From Candidatus Omnitrophota bacterium (GTDB taxonomy: Bacteria > Omnitrophota > Gorgyraeia > Gygaellales > Profunditerraquicolaceae): a stretch of 53,643 nucleotides of DNA. How positions within the stretch are numbered: the stretch's first letter is position 1; every line of letters begins with the position of its first letter. The notes below the pieces were generated by a model that saw only the letters and a list, made by a program, of their open reading frames with translations, was not told the DNA's origin and ran no database searches. The DNA is taken from assembly GCA_043812955.1 (NCBI GenBank), contig JBDRLN010000067.1, positions 1-53,643 on the forward strand, in the 5' to 3' direction. Below are positions 1-10,411 of this stretch, in pieces. The position numbers were made by a program, and so were the translations under genes.

Positions 1-350
<350 letters not shown>

Positions 351-397
351 CTACTCCTTTTATAAAAACTACTGATTAATAAACGGCTACCTTCTAC

Positions 398-838
398 TTA
401 AATAGAATAAGCCAATGCCTGCTTTGAAGAATCCATCCGCGAAACTAAATTTTCAAAAGTTACGTTGTCAATAATATCGGAGGTGGCCTTAGAAACTTTA
501 TGCCACATTTCTTTGAATACGCAACCATTCAGGTCAACACAATTAGAATATTTTTTATCTATACAAGAAATCGGCTCTATAGGTCCGTCAATAAACCTAA
601 TAACCTCTCCGCAGGTTATCTGGCCTGGAGGCCGGGATAATAAATAACCTCCGACCTTGCCTCGCCTGCTCTGCACAAAACCGCCTTTTTTCAAATCCAA
701 CAGAACCTGCTCTAGGAATTTGATCGGAGCGTCTATATGTTGAGCTATATCATGGGTAGTGACTAAATCCTGGTCGTAATGTAGGGCTAAATCCAATACT
801 GCCTTTAAAGCATAGTCCCCCTTATAAGTAATCTTCAT
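398..838 (-). CDS. Rrf2-family transcriptional regulator (IscR/CymR-like)
   Basis: MKIT.KGDYAL, FLEQVL..LKK.GFV.SRRG..GGY winged HTH; three C-terminal Cys; SD AAGGAGG. Confidence 0.9.
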   Translation of the reverse strand: MKITYKGDYALKAVLDLALHYDQDLVTTHDIAQHIDAPIKFLEQVLLDLKKGGFVQSRRGKVGGYLLSRPPGQITCGEVIRFIDGPIEPISCIDKKYSNCVDLNGCVFKEMWHKVSKATSDIIDNVTFENLVSRMDSSKQALAYSI

Positions 839-858
839 ATACCTCCTTTGTCTATTAT

Positions 859-905
859 CTCTATCAACTTAGTAGAGTATAACACAAAGAAAAGAACATT
901 GTCAA
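859..905 (-). promoter_or_regulatory. Sigma70 promoter with overlapping Rrf2-type palindromic operator
   Basis: Minus strand TTGACA (905-900), 18 nt spacer, TGn-TATACT (881-876); inverted repeat CTCTA..TAGAG at 859-877 overlaps the -10 and start region. Confidence 0.6.
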
Positions 906-920
906 GTATTTTTTTTCACT

Positions 921-1000
921 TCAGGGACGGTTCTCAAAACAAAGCTAAAGTGTCCCCATTAAAGGGACACTTTAAGATTGAGTTGAGAACCGTCCCTGAG
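921..1000. repeat. Nested palindromic element, copy 1 (outer GGGACGGTTCTCA, inner TAAAGTGTCCCC)
   Basis: Outer and inner inverted repeats visible; inverted homologue at 35913-35990; abuts the UvrD stop codon. Confidence 0.85.
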
Positions 1001-3037
1001 TTAATCGCGGTAGTATTCTTTGAGCATTCCTAGGAAGGCTTGATCAGTTTCCGGCTTTTCTTCAAGAATATCGTCTAATGAGAGATTATCGTAATTATTT
1101 TTATCGGGAGTAACGCATTTAACAAACTTTTCTAAAATCCCTCCCTCTTCTAAAAAGCGCGATGCTGTTGTAAACACTGAACCGGCATTGTCAAAATAAC
1201 TCCTAGGTGAGCGGTCAATATGGGGCTTTAAGATAAAAAGGTTTTCTTTTGCCCGAGTCACGGCAACATAAAAAAGCCGGCGTTCCTCTTCTATCGCCTC
1301 TTCATCCTCCAGGGATAAATAGGATGGCAAATGCCCCTCTGCCGCATAAATCACAAATACCGTATGCCACTCCAGGCCCTTAGCTGAATGGATAGTAGAC
1401 AAAATAAGCGTAGAATCATCTTTATCTTTCTCTCCCGCTTCGGTAATACTTCTCTCCGGCGGCTCAAGCGCCATATCAGTCAGAAACTTCTCTAATGATT
1501 CATATCTTGAAGCAATCCGCACCAAAGAATCCAGGTCATTAAGCCGTTTATTAAAATCATCGTATTTTTCTTTTAAAAGCGGCTGGTAATATTTTAAGAA
1601 TACCCGAATCATTTCGCCGGGCTTATGTTTTAGCGGATCAATTTCCTTTAATAAACCTATAAGCGTTTTTAAACCGCTGATCTTATCAATAAACTTCGCG
1701 TCTATAGACAGGCTGTTTTTATTCGCGGTTACATCAGCGATTATCCGCTCGGCAGTTTTAGGCCCTACCCCCTTAAGTAATAACAGGGCCCTGTACCAGC
1801 TAACCTGGTCAGATGAGTTATGGACCAGACGTAAATAAGATATCACATCTTTAATATGGGCTGCCTCCACAAATTTCTGCCCGCCGTATTTGACAAAAGG
1901 GATAATACGGTTAACCAGTTCTACCTCCAGGTCATTGGAATGCCACCCCGAACGAAAGAGTACCGCGATATCGCCTAACTCAACCCCCTCTTCCCTTAAT
2001 TCCAGTACTTTATCGCAAACATACCTAGACTGGGCAAATTCATCCCGGGCATCAATAAAAACCGGAAGCTGACCACCTTTTTTTTTGGTAAAAAGATTCT
2101 TCTCAAACTTTTCTTTTGCCAGATGGATAACCTGATTAGTCATATTCAGGATAGGCTGGGTTGAACGATAATTCTCCTCTAAGGTAATAACCCTGGCATC
2201 CTTAAATAATTTAGGAAAATCCATAATATTCTTAAAATTTGCCCCCCGGAAAGAATAGATACTCTGGGAATCATCGCCTACTACCATGATATTCTTATGC
2301 TCACAAGCCAGCAGACTGACAATAAAGGCCTGCAATTTATTAGTATCCTGGTATTCGTCCACCATGATATATTTATACTTCTTCGCTAAAACCAACCGCA
2401 CATTATCATGTTCTACCAATAAATCTTTTAAATAGACCAAAAGGTCATCATAATCTAAAAGGGATTTGGAGAATTTATATTTCCTATATTCATCGTTTAT
2501 CTTATTAATCCCATCCGTCCATTCGATAAACTGAGGATATTCGTCATAAAGTGCCGCCTCGATCGGAATAGACTTATTAACACTGATTGAAATCACCTCC
2601 ATAATCGCTCTTTTGCGCGGGAAACGCTTATCCAATTTACTGAATCCTAATTGTGTACGCAGCAGATTTATCGCATCCTCCGAATCCGAACGATCGAGTA
2701 TAGTAAAATTATTGCTTATCCCCAAAAGCCTGGCATGCCGTCTTAAGACATTGTTGGCAAAAGAATGGAATGTCCCTCCGGAAACTTTCTGGCACCTCTC
2801 ATCCAAAAGCATTGACGCGCGCCTAAGCATCTCTTCCGCTGCCTTGCGGGTAAAAGTAAGCAATAGGATCTCGTCCGGCTTAATCCCTTTTTCAACCAGG
2901 TAAGCTACTCGGTATACCAGGACCCGGGTCTTTCCGCTCCCCGCGCCGGCAATAACCAGATACTGGCCTTCGGTTGAGCGCACCGCCTCAAGCTGAGCCG
3001 GGTTTAACTCTTTCTGATAATCGATTTTTTTAACCAT
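1001..3037 (-). CDS. UvrD/PcrA/Rep-family ATP-dependent DNA helicase
   Basis: AGAGSGKT, VDEYQD, GDDSQSIYSFRGA, NYRST, STIHSAKGLEW, EERRLFYVAVTRAK. Confidence 0.93.
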   Translation of the reverse strand: MVKKIDYQKELNPAQLEAVRSTEGQYLVIAGAGSGKTRVLVYRVAYLVEKGIKPDEILLLTFTRKAAEEMLRRASMLLDERCQKVSGGTFHSFANNVLRRHARLLGISNNFTILDRSDSEDAINLLRTQLGFSKLDKRFPRKRAIMEVISISVNKSIPIEAALYDEYPQFIEWTDGINKINDEYRKYKFSKSLLDYDDLLVYLKDLLVEHDNVRLVLAKKYKYIMVDEYQDTNKLQAFIVSLLACEHKNIMVVGDDSQSIYSFRGANFKNIMDFPKLFKDARVITLEENYRSTQPILNMTNQVIHLAKEKFEKNLFTKKKGGQLPVFIDARDEFAQSRYVCDKVLELREEGVELGDIAVLFRSGWHSNDLEVELVNRIIPFVKYGGQKFVEAAHIKDVISYLRLVHNSSDQVSWYRALLLLKGVGPKTAERIIADVTANKNSLSIDAKFIDKISGLKTLIGLLKEIDPLKHKPGEMIRVFLKYYQPLLKEKYDDFNKRLNDLDSLVRIASRYESLEKFLTDMALEPPERSITEAGEKDKDDSTLILSTIHSAKGLEWHTVFVIYAAEGHLPSYLSLEDEEAIEEERRLFYVAVTRAKENLFILKPHIDRSPRSYFDNAGSVFTTASRFLEEGGILEKFVKCVTPDKNNYDNLSLDDILEEKPETDQAFLGMLKEYYRD

Positions 3038-3046
3038 AGTTTTGTA

Positions 3047-3106
3047 AATGGGGGTGAGAATTATTTTTTCTAGTGAGCAGAATAAAGAAATAATTCTGAC
3101 CCCATT
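3047..3106. repeat. Palindromic element (AATGGGGGTGAGAATTATTT...AAATAATTCTGACCCCATT)
   Basis: About 19 bp imperfect inverted repeat filling the ftsA-uvrD gap. Confidence 0.75.
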
Positions 3107-3109
3107 AAT

Positions 3110-4366
3110 TTAGAAATATTCCTGATATACTTCCTGGACTTTATTAATCAGGTTGGTGATCGGGTTGCGTGAAGATTGACCGGCAGGCGGACTGAAAGAA
3201 TTATCCCTGGACAGTGCCTGACAAATCATGCCTAAACAAGGAATAAAGGCGAGATATTTCTGCCCGGAAAGTCCATTATACCTACTGATAAAAGGGGTTA
3301 TCATGGGATGGGTAATTCTGCCCAATTCCACCGGCGCTTCCATAATAGTCTCCAACATTTCTAGAAAACCCTCTTGGAGTATTCCCTTTCCACAGGCAGT
3401 CACCAGCTTTATTTCAGTAGGAGCGGCATATTTTCCCAGGGTATGCTTCAGAGTCTGGCAGATAGACCGTGATTTAGAAGTAATTATCTCAGATACTACC
3501 TTTTGTTTAATCGGATTGTAATTACTTTCTTTTCTTAATAAAATTTCTTTATCCTGATCAAAACCCTGGATATCTCCGATTATGCCGTAGGAGATCTTAA
3601 GGCCTTCAGCTAAGTCCAAAGGAATCTTTAATTCATTGCTAAGTTCCTGGGTTAGGTCATTTCCGCCCAACGGTAATACCTCTATATTTCTCAATATACC
3701 GTCCCGAAATAATAATAATTCAGTTATGTCAGAACCCATATCACAAAGGATATGCACCCCTTCTTTAAGCTTGGCTTCCAATAAAAGCTTAGCGCTAATC
3801 AAACCGGTAAAAAATATATCTCTTATCTCGTATCCGGCCTGATTAACAGTATGGACTAAAGTCTGTATGGATGATAACTTTACGCAGATCAAATATAAAT
3901 CAGTCTCTAACCTGTGGCCATATAAACCCAGGGGGTTAGCAATATTGGTCTTATCATCCACACTATACCCATAAGGTATCTTATGAATATTCTCCTCGTC
4001 AATATCCGAACCTAAGATAAACGCCTGTTCATTGGCCCGGCGCACATCAGAAGAAGTAATAACTTTATTCCCCCGCTCTGCTAATGGTATGATCGCCCGG
4101 CTATGTTTGCTGATGATATCCTGCCCGGAAACATTGGTGTAGATAAATTTAATTTTCAGGCCCGATTTGTGCTGCAGTCCCTTTAGGCATTTACCTATGG
4201 AATCCAATAAACTTACCGAATCAATAATCAAACCATTTCTAACTCCCCTAGATGATAGGCTTTCAAAATGAAGGCTGACTATCCGTTTTTTTCTGATTTC
4301 AGCAGCTACAGCCGATATCTTGCTTGAGCCTATATCCAGAGCGCAAATATAATTATTATGCAGCAT
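3110..4366 (-). CDS. ftsA: Cell division protein FtsA (divergent)
   Basis: ALDIGSSKI phosphate-1 motif, NPLGLYG.RLE, C-terminal amphipathic helix ending EYF; position after ftsQ. Confidence 0.88.
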   Translation of the reverse strand: MLHNNYICALDIGSSKISAVAAEIRKKRIVSLHFESLSSRGVRNGLIIDSVSLLDSIGKCLKGLQHKSGLKIKFIYTNVSGQDIISKHSRAIIPLAERGNKVITSSDVRRANEQAFILGSDIDEENIHKIPYGYSVDDKTNIANPLGLYGHRLETDLYLICVKLSSIQTLVHTVNQAGYEIRDIFFTGLISAKLLLEAKLKEGVHILCDMGSDITELLLFRDGILRNIEVLPLGGNDLTQELSNELKIPLDLAEGLKISYGIIGDIQGFDQDKEILLRKESNYNPIKQKVVSEIITSKSRSICQTLKHTLGKYAAPTEIKLVTACGKGILQEGFLEMLETIMEAPVELGRITHPMITPFISRYNGLSGQKYLAFIPCLGMICQALSRDNSFSPPAGQSSRNPITNLINKVQEVYQEYF

Positions 4367-5114
4367 TTTTAAATTTTACCACCGGTTCTTTAAAACGCAA
4401 GTCAATATATTTTATCTTTCTTAGATTATCTATCCCCTGGCTGAATAAACTGGACAAGATCCTAATCTTTGATTTTATATTAGCCTGGGGTATCCTGATC
4501 TCAAGGATTGAGAAAATCTGGACGTTGCCGCTCACCCTCAACGACCCCAATATAACGGCATCCGCGTGAGACTTTAGATCGATCCTTTTAATTTTAAAAT
4601 TATCCAAAGCCTTATTTGCCCTTATTTCTTTTATTATCTCGATGGCAGCCTCTAACTCCGGAATGTTATATCTCTTCCCCGGTTTTATCGCAAAAGTCGC
4701 TTTATCTAAGCCGTAAATTACCGGAAGGTCCCCTACTACTTTTGTGTCAGGAAACTCAAATATGAACAGCGCTTCATCCACATAAAAATTCCGGTATAGT
4801 TTTAAGTAGGCTATCGGAACCCGCCTTAAAAGATCAATGTAAATTTGATTTGGTATAATCCTGACCAACCTTACTAATTTATAGTGAGGATAGAAAGCTG
4901 AAAGGCGCGCTGACTCTTTCTTAAGATTAAGGCTAAAAATATTTTTTCCTGCCAAATAATAGAAATCCGCCGGATTCGCTTCCCGGCAGATAATATCCTT
5001 TATTGTAAAATAATCGGCGTTTACGATCAGCCGTGTAAAGTAAACCAGTAAAGAAACCGCGGCAAAAAAAACTATAATATTAATAATAACAACCGGCTTG
5101 ATTGCTTTTTTCAA
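4356..5114 (-). CDS. ftsQ: Cell division protein FtsQ/DivIB
   Basis: N-terminal TM, POTRA-like segment, C-terminal YIDLRF; dcw position. Confidence 0.8.
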   Translation of the reverse strand: MKKAIKPVVIINIIVFFAAVSLLVYFTRLIVNADYFTIKDIICREANPADFYYLAGKNIFSLNLKKESARLSAFYPHYKLVRLVRIIPNQIYIDLLRRVPIAYLKLYRNFYVDEALFIFEFPDTKVVGDLPVIYGLDKATFAIKPGKRYNIPELEAAIEIIKEIRANKALDNFKIKRIDLKSHADAVILGSLRVSGNVQIFSILEIRIPQANIKSKIRILSSLFSQGIDNLRKIKYIDLRFKEPVVKFKNAA

Positions 5115-6061
5115 TTATTAACCTGCCTTTGAAATGCAAGTTCAAGTAATTTAAGGCACAACTGGGGAAAATCTATGCCTATTGCCTTAGCCGCCTTAGG
5201 AAAAAGGCTGGTTGAAGTAAATCCGGGAATAGTATTAACTTCTAAAACAAAAGGGATATTATCCTCACTTAAGATTATGTCAACCCGCGAAAAACCATAA
5301 CAACCTAATAGTTTATGAGCTGATAATCCGGCATCCTGAACTTTTTTCCGGATATCGTCTTTAAGCTTTGCCGGAACTATATATTCAGTCAAGCCGAGCT
5401 GATACTTGGCCTCGAAATCGAAAAATGGCTTCTTAGGGATTATCTCTATCACCGGCAGGGCCTCTTCATCTAAAACCCCGACAGTTAGCTCCCTTCCTTT
5501 TATATATTGCTCAATAATTATCCTATCATCATAACAAAAGGCTGTATCTAAGGCCTGTTTCAAATCTTCTTCCTTTATAACTACGGACAGGCCAATACTG
5601 GAACCTCCGGTAACCGGTTTGATAACTAAAGGGGGATAGAGAATATCATCTGTGACCTTGGGATTTATTCTGAAGGTCCTTTTATCCAATACCTTATAGC
5701 TGGGAATAATTAGACCATTAGCCTTAAATATTTCGTGAGAATCAAGTTTATCCATGGCTAATCCACTGGCCTTCGGCCCTGAACCAATATAAGGTATCTT
5801 CAATCCATCCAGGATTTTTTGTATTTTACCATCTTCGCCAAAACGGCCGTGCAAAGCAATAAAGGCACAGTTTAGACTCAAAGATTTTAACAAATTAATA
5901 TTATCCTCTATATTATCTGTTTTAATATCGACCCCGGACGCATCCAGACCTATAGCCTTAAGATTATCTAAAACTGCCTTTCCGGATTTTAAGGATATCT
6001 CTCTTTCGCTGGAAGGGCCGCCCATTAAAACTCCGATTCTGCCAAAATTATTTATTTCCAT
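5111..6061 (-). CDS. ddl: D-alanine--D-alanine ligase
   Basis: GGPSSEREISLKSG, LHGRFGEDG, LEVNTIPG. Confidence 0.95.
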   Translation of the reverse strand: MEINNFGRIGVLMGGPSSEREISLKSGKAVLDNLKAIGLDASGVDIKTDNIEDNINLLKSLSLNCAFIALHGRFGEDGKIQKILDGLKIPYIGSGPKASGLAMDKLDSHEIFKANGLIIPSYKVLDKRTFRINPKVTDDILYPPLVIKPVTGGSSIGLSVVIKEEDLKQALDTAFCYDDRIIIEQYIKGRELTVGVLDEEALPVIEIIPKKPFFDFEAKYQLGLTEYIVPAKLKDDIRKKVQDAGLSAHKLLGCYGFSRVDIILSEDNIPFVLEVNTIPGFTSTSLFPKAAKAIGIDFPQLCLKLLELAFQRQVNN

Positions 6062-6933
6062 ATTTTGATTTCCGGTTCTAAGTTGATATTAAATTTTTTC
6101 TTAACTTGTTTTTTTATCATTTCCATTAACCGCTCTACATCTTTGGCTTTTGCTTTACCGGTATTAATTATAAAATTCGCGTGTTTTAAAGAAACCTGGG
6201 CACCCCCCGACTTTTTTCCTTTTAATCCGCAGGCATCAATGAGCCTGCCTGCGGAATCTGCGATCGGATTCTTAAATATACAACCCGCGGAAGGCGCTCT
6301 ATACTCCTGGCTAAAATTTCGATACTTAAGATATTCTCTTATCCTTCGGGCAATCTTATCCGGCGCAGCCTTTAGTAATTTTAATGTAACCCCCAAGACT
6401 ATATAATTCTTTAGGCTGGATTTACGATAACCAAAACTTAAGGCCTCTTTACCTAGTGTTTTAAGTCGGCAATTAGTATCCATCACCAAAATACTTTCAA
6501 CTAAATCGCCTATTTTTTTATTCTGGGCGCCGGCATTCATAACTAAAGCCCCGCCTACTGTTCCAGGAATTCCGGTTAAAAATTCTAAACCCGATAGATT
6601 TTTTTTCCGGGAAGATAAAACAATCCGGCCCAATAACGCCCCTGCTCCGACATACAGCTTATTTCCTTTAAAGACGATCTTTTTAAAATAACTGGAATTC
6701 AAGGCTATTACCGCGCAATCGACTCCCTTATCGCTGACAAGTATATTAGAGCCTGAGCCGATGACCCGGATTTTTATTTTGTTGATTTTGGCCTGTTTAA
6801 CTATATACTCTAAATCCCGCTCATTATTAGGAGAGATAAAAAAGTTCGCTCTCCCGCCAATCTTAAAGGTGGTATGTTTTTTTAATGATTCACTTTTCCG
6901 GATTTCACCGGCTAAGCCTTTGGGCCAATTCAT
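6052..6933 (-). CDS. murB: UDP-N-acetylenolpyruvoylglucosamine reductase
   Basis: HTTFKIGG, GSGSNILV, IPGTVGG...MNAGA, SAGCIFKNP, HANF, LEPE. Confidence 0.95.
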   Translation of the reverse strand: MNWPKGLAGEIRKSESLKKHTTFKIGGRANFFISPNNERDLEYIVKQAKINKIKIRVIGSGSNILVSDKGVDCAVIALNSSYFKKIVFKGNKLYVGAGALLGRIVLSSRKKNLSGLEFLTGIPGTVGGALVMNAGAQNKKIGDLVESILVMDTNCRLKTLGKEALSFGYRKSSLKNYIVLGVTLKLLKAAPDKIARRIREYLKYRNFSQEYRAPSAGCIFKNPIADSAGRLIDACGLKGKKSGGAQVSLKHANFIINTGKAKAKDVERLMEMIKKQVKKKFNINLEPEIKIWK

Positions 6934-8266
6934 CAGAGATCCTGGTTATATCCCCCGCGCCTAAAGTTATGATTAAATCCTGGGGTTGAATAGCTTTAAG
7001 AACGTAATCGATTATATCCTCTTTCGCTAAAAAAACCACATCTTTATCCGGATGATATTCTTTTATCTTTTCATAAATACTCTTTCCGGTTATGCCCGGT
7101 ATAGGCTGCTCGCTTGCGGGATAAATATCGGTAATAATAACTTTGTCCGCCGCATCAAAACTCCTGCCGAATTCATCCAACAGTAATTGTGTCCGGCTAA
7201 AGCGATGAGGCTGGAATATGGCGAATAGCCGGTTATATTTAATATTTTTTAGAGCGTCTAAGGTAGCCTTAATTTCAGTAGGATGATGGGCATAATCATC
7301 AAGTATTAAATACCTGCTATCTTTTAATTTTTGCTCCAGGCGCCGGCCAGCCCCCTTATAACCTAAGAGCGCCTTTTTAATTAAGTTAATCCCAATTTTT
7401 AATTCCAGGCCCAAGGCAATTACAGCTAGGGAATTAGAAATATTATGCTTACCCCCCAATGATAGATTAAACCTGTCCATGTATTTATTCTGATAAAAAC
7501 AATCAAAAGACGAGGTCAAGCCGTCTAATTCTATATTATCGGGATAAAATCCCGGCCCCTTGTTTAATCCGAACAGCACCGACCTCACCGGGCAATATTT
7601 TAATATAGCTTTTAAGTTTAAGTCATCACCACAGGCAAATACGCAGCCATTGGGCTTAGTCTGATAGATAAATTCTTTAAAGGCCTTTATCTCGCTATCA
7701 AAATCCCGGTAATAATCCAGATGTTCCCGGTCAATGTTAGTAATAATTGAATAATCCGGCTGATAACAAAAAAAAGACCCATCAGATTCATCTGCCTCAG
7801 CCACAAAATAATCGCCCTCACCTAAACAGGCGTTAGTATCGATATTTTTAAAAATACCACCTACGGCTATACTGGGCTTTAATCCGGCCTCTAATAAAAG
7901 ATAAGCCGCTAAAGAAGAGGTGGTAGTCTTACCATGTGAGCCTGAAACCGTGATCACGGTCTTATCCTTCATTAACTGCGCCAGGGCAAGTGCCCTGCGA
8001 ATTAAAACAACCCCGGTTTTTTTAGCCTGAATAAACTCCGAATTATCTTCTTTTACTGCCGAGGTATAAATAACCACATCCGCTCCCCTAATATTATCCG
8101 GGCTATGGCCGATAAAAATACTAATCCCCAGTTGGCTTAATTCCTTAGTGATCCTGGTTTCTTTCAGGTCTGAGCCACTCACCTTTACTCCCCTATGCAG
8201 AAGCAGCCGGGCAATCCCGCTCATTCCTATACCGCCTATACCGATTAAATGATAGTGTTTGCTCAT
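6905..8266 (-). CDS. murC: UDP-N-acetylmuramate--L-alanine ligase
   Basis: GIGGIGMSGIA, GSHGKTTT, EADESDG, DDYAHHPTE, FQPHRFSRT. Confidence 0.95.
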   Translation of the reverse strand: MSKHYHLIGIGGIGMSGIARLLLHRGVKVSGSDLKETRITKELSQLGISIFIGHSPDNIRGADVVIYTSAVKEDNSEFIQAKKTGVVLIRRALALAQLMKDKTVITVSGSHGKTTTSSLAAYLLLEAGLKPSIAVGGIFKNIDTNACLGEGDYFVAEADESDGSFFCYQPDYSIITNIDREHLDYYRDFDSEIKAFKEFIYQTKPNGCVFACGDDLNLKAILKYCPVRSVLFGLNKGPGFYPDNIELDGLTSSFDCFYQNKYMDRFNLSLGGKHNISNSLAVIALGLELKIGINLIKKALLGYKGAGRRLEQKLKDSRYLILDDYAHHPTEIKATLDALKNIKYNRLFAIFQPHRFSRTQLLLDEFGRSFDAADKVIITDIYPASEQPIPGITGKSIYEKIKEYHPDKDVVFLAKEDIIDYVLKAIQPQDLIITLGAGDITRISDELAQRLSR

Positions 8267-9045
8267 TATTTCTTTAAGTATTTCTTCCAGCCTTCTTCTA
8301 ATTCCTGTATATTGCTAAAAGGATAATTTGAAGACATGGCCTTCTGAAAATCCTTCTTATCCCTTAAATCCTGGCAAAATATAACAAACCTATCCCGGCT
8401 GAATTCTTTAACTAAATACTCAATCAGGCTGGCCGATTGGGCGTAAAAAAGGCCGATCGTATTCGTGTCCCGCATTAAATAAGGATTCATCCCGAAAAGC
8501 TGTTTTAGGGCGATTAATTTATTTTGACTAAACGCATTATTTACAATCAACTTCATCCTGGAATCAGTTAAGCTTTCCTGATAAGAAGCCACCCCCTCAT
8601 CTAGCCATACCGGGACAGCATTATTATAAAGACCTATGAATTCCCGGAAAATAATATGCCCGATCTCGTGGGGTAACAAATGCTCAAAAAATCCCTGGGC
8701 ATAAGGAAAAGAATTGATTATTTTCTGCTCTGGATTAGATATTCCCGCCGACCATCCAGGCTGGCCTGTAGCAGACCGGTACCCATTAAGATTATCATGA
8801 ATATAAATCTTAGCCCGGTTATCCCAAAGCCAGAAATTATAACGGTTATACCCTAAACTTTCAGCGATATTATTGTAAAACGACTCTGATTTATCAATTA
8901 CTTTTTGTATAAAATCTGGGGAGGCAGACTTATAGTAAACAATAAAATGGGTACTTCTTGATTCCTGCCATTTATTCGTCTCCTGAGCAGACAAATTTCC
9001 AAAAGAAAGACAAAATAAAGACAGAACTACTAAATATTTTTTCAT
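8266..9045 (-). CDS. Secreted gluzincin (peptidase MA-like) metallopeptidase
   Basis: Signal peptide; HEIGH followed by PVWLDEGVA; Y-AQS downstream. Confidence 0.75.
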   Translation of the reverse strand: MKKYLVVLSLFCLSFGNLSAQETNKWQESRSTHFIVYYKSASPDFIQKVIDKSESFYNNIAESLGYNRYNFWLWDNRAKIYIHDNLNGYRSATGQPGWSAGISNPEQKIINSFPYAQGFFEHLLPHEIGHIIFREFIGLYNNAVPVWLDEGVASYQESLTDSRMKLIVNNAFSQNKLIALKQLFGMNPYLMRDTNTIGLFYAQSASLIEYLVKEFSRDRFVIFCQDLRDKKDFQKAMSSNYPFSNIQELEEGWKKYLKK

Positions 9046-9051
9046 TTTTGG

Positions 9052-9118
9052 AAATTAGGGGACGTTTCTATTTTCTTTATCTTCTTGATTAATTAAAAAT
9101 AGAAACGTCCCTTAATTT
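9052..9118. repeat. Palindromic element (AATTAGGGGACGTTTCTATTTT...AAAATAGAAACGTCCCTTAATT)
   Basis: About 22 bp inverted repeat; the right arm encodes the last MurG residues (KLRDVSIFN). Confidence 0.8.
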
Positions 9119-10177
9119 TAGGTTTAATACCGCTTGCTTAAATAAGGCATTACTATCCTGCCTAAAGAAATTATCATAGCCTAAGCGCATCTGAATCAGT
9201 TTATCCGGCGCGCTTACTAAACTAGCCAATGACTTTTCTAAGATATCCCCCCTATCTAGCTCATTTTCATTGATTACTAGGGCACAGTGTTTATTCTCTA
9301 AGATAGAAGAATTGGCTTTTTGATGCAGGTAGGCAAAAGGATAAGGTATAATTATAGCCGGAATCTTAAAATACATTAGCTCACTTATAGTGGACGCCCC
9401 TGCCCGACAGATAACTAGATCCGCGCAGCTATAAGCATACTCCATATTATTTAAAAAAGAAAATACTTTGCCGGCTAACCCTAAATCAAGGTATTTAGCG
9501 CTTGTTGAATCAAAATCACTTGTACCGGTAATGTGGATAACCTGTAGCCTAGGTCTCCATGCCGCCAAAGACAGCGTTTTAATGAATTCTGAATTGATCC
9601 TGCGGCTGCCCTGACTGCCTCCTACAACTAAAATAGTGATCAAGTCATTTTTAAAGCCAAAGTAATCTAGGGCCTCATTTTTATCAATGATCTTCAATTC
9701 TTTTCTTATGGGATTTCCGGTAAAGATTATCTTCTGCGGATATTTCTTAAAATATGCCGCGCTCTCCCGAAAGCCAACACAAATCTTGTCCGCGAATTTA
9801 ATTAAAAACCGGTTTGCCCTGCCGGGAATAACATTCTGCTCCTGTAATAACGTCCTTATCCCGAACATACGCGCAAATAAAATCATTGGTATACCGGATA
9901 AACTGCCAAAACTAATTACTACTGCAGGCCTAAAACTCAGCAATATTCCTAAGCTTTCAAAGCTGGCCTTAATAAATTTAAAAAAAGCCGGAATATCTTT
10001 AATAGGAACAATAGAAAGATATTTGATTTTATAGGAAGATTTACCTAGGGGATACTGAATATTATTTTTTGGCAATACCAAAAGGCTTTCGCTGCTCCCA
10101 GCCTCTAAGTCTTTTAGAAAAGCTAAGGCGGGAAAAATATGCCCTCCGCTTGAGCCGGTTACAACAAGAATCCTCAC
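9089..10177 (-). CDS. murG: Lipid II GlcNAc transferase MurG
   Basis: GSSGGHIFPA, EQNVIPGRANR, GNPIR, GGSQGS, RAGASTISE; GTG start partly supplied by the repeat element. Confidence 0.93.
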   Translation of the reverse strand: MRILVVTGSSGGHIFPALAFLKDLEAGSSESLLVLPKNNIQYPLGKSSYKIKYLSIVPIKDIPAFFKFIKASFESLGILLSFRPAVVISFGSLSGIPMILFARMFGIRTLLQEQNVIPGRANRFLIKFADKICVGFRESAAYFKKYPQKIIFTGNPIRKELKIIDKNEALDYFGFKNDLITILVVGGSQGSRRINSEFIKTLSLAAWRPRLQVIHITGTSDFDSTSAKYLDLGLAGKVFSFLNNMEYAYSCADLVICRAGASTISELMYFKIPAIIIPYPFAYLHQKANSSILENKHCALVINENELDRGDILEKSLASLVSAPDKLIQMRLGYDNFFRQDSNALFKQAVLNLKLRDVSIFN

Positions 10178-10411
10178 CCCGCACCTTCTTTCTTATTCAT
10201 TCATCAAACCTTATTCTCTTTAAAAGTTAAATATACTGAAGGTGAGGGGTCACCCCGCACCTTCTTTCTTATTCATTATTTTGAAGCCATTTGTTTTAAA
10301 GTCATTTATTTTTTAGAAAGTGCGGGGCTCATCCCGCACCTTCTATATATTTAAATAGTTTTAAAAACCCTTATGTTTTAAGCATATTGAATAGAAAAAA
10401 AGGTGCGGGGC
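10177..10411. mobile_element. Three tandem MITE-like elements (TIR CCCCGCACCTTCT), each flanked by TCA/TGA
   Basis: Units 10177-10249, 10253-10328 and 10332-10411; TCA at 10174, 10250, 10329 and 10412. Confidence 0.8.
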
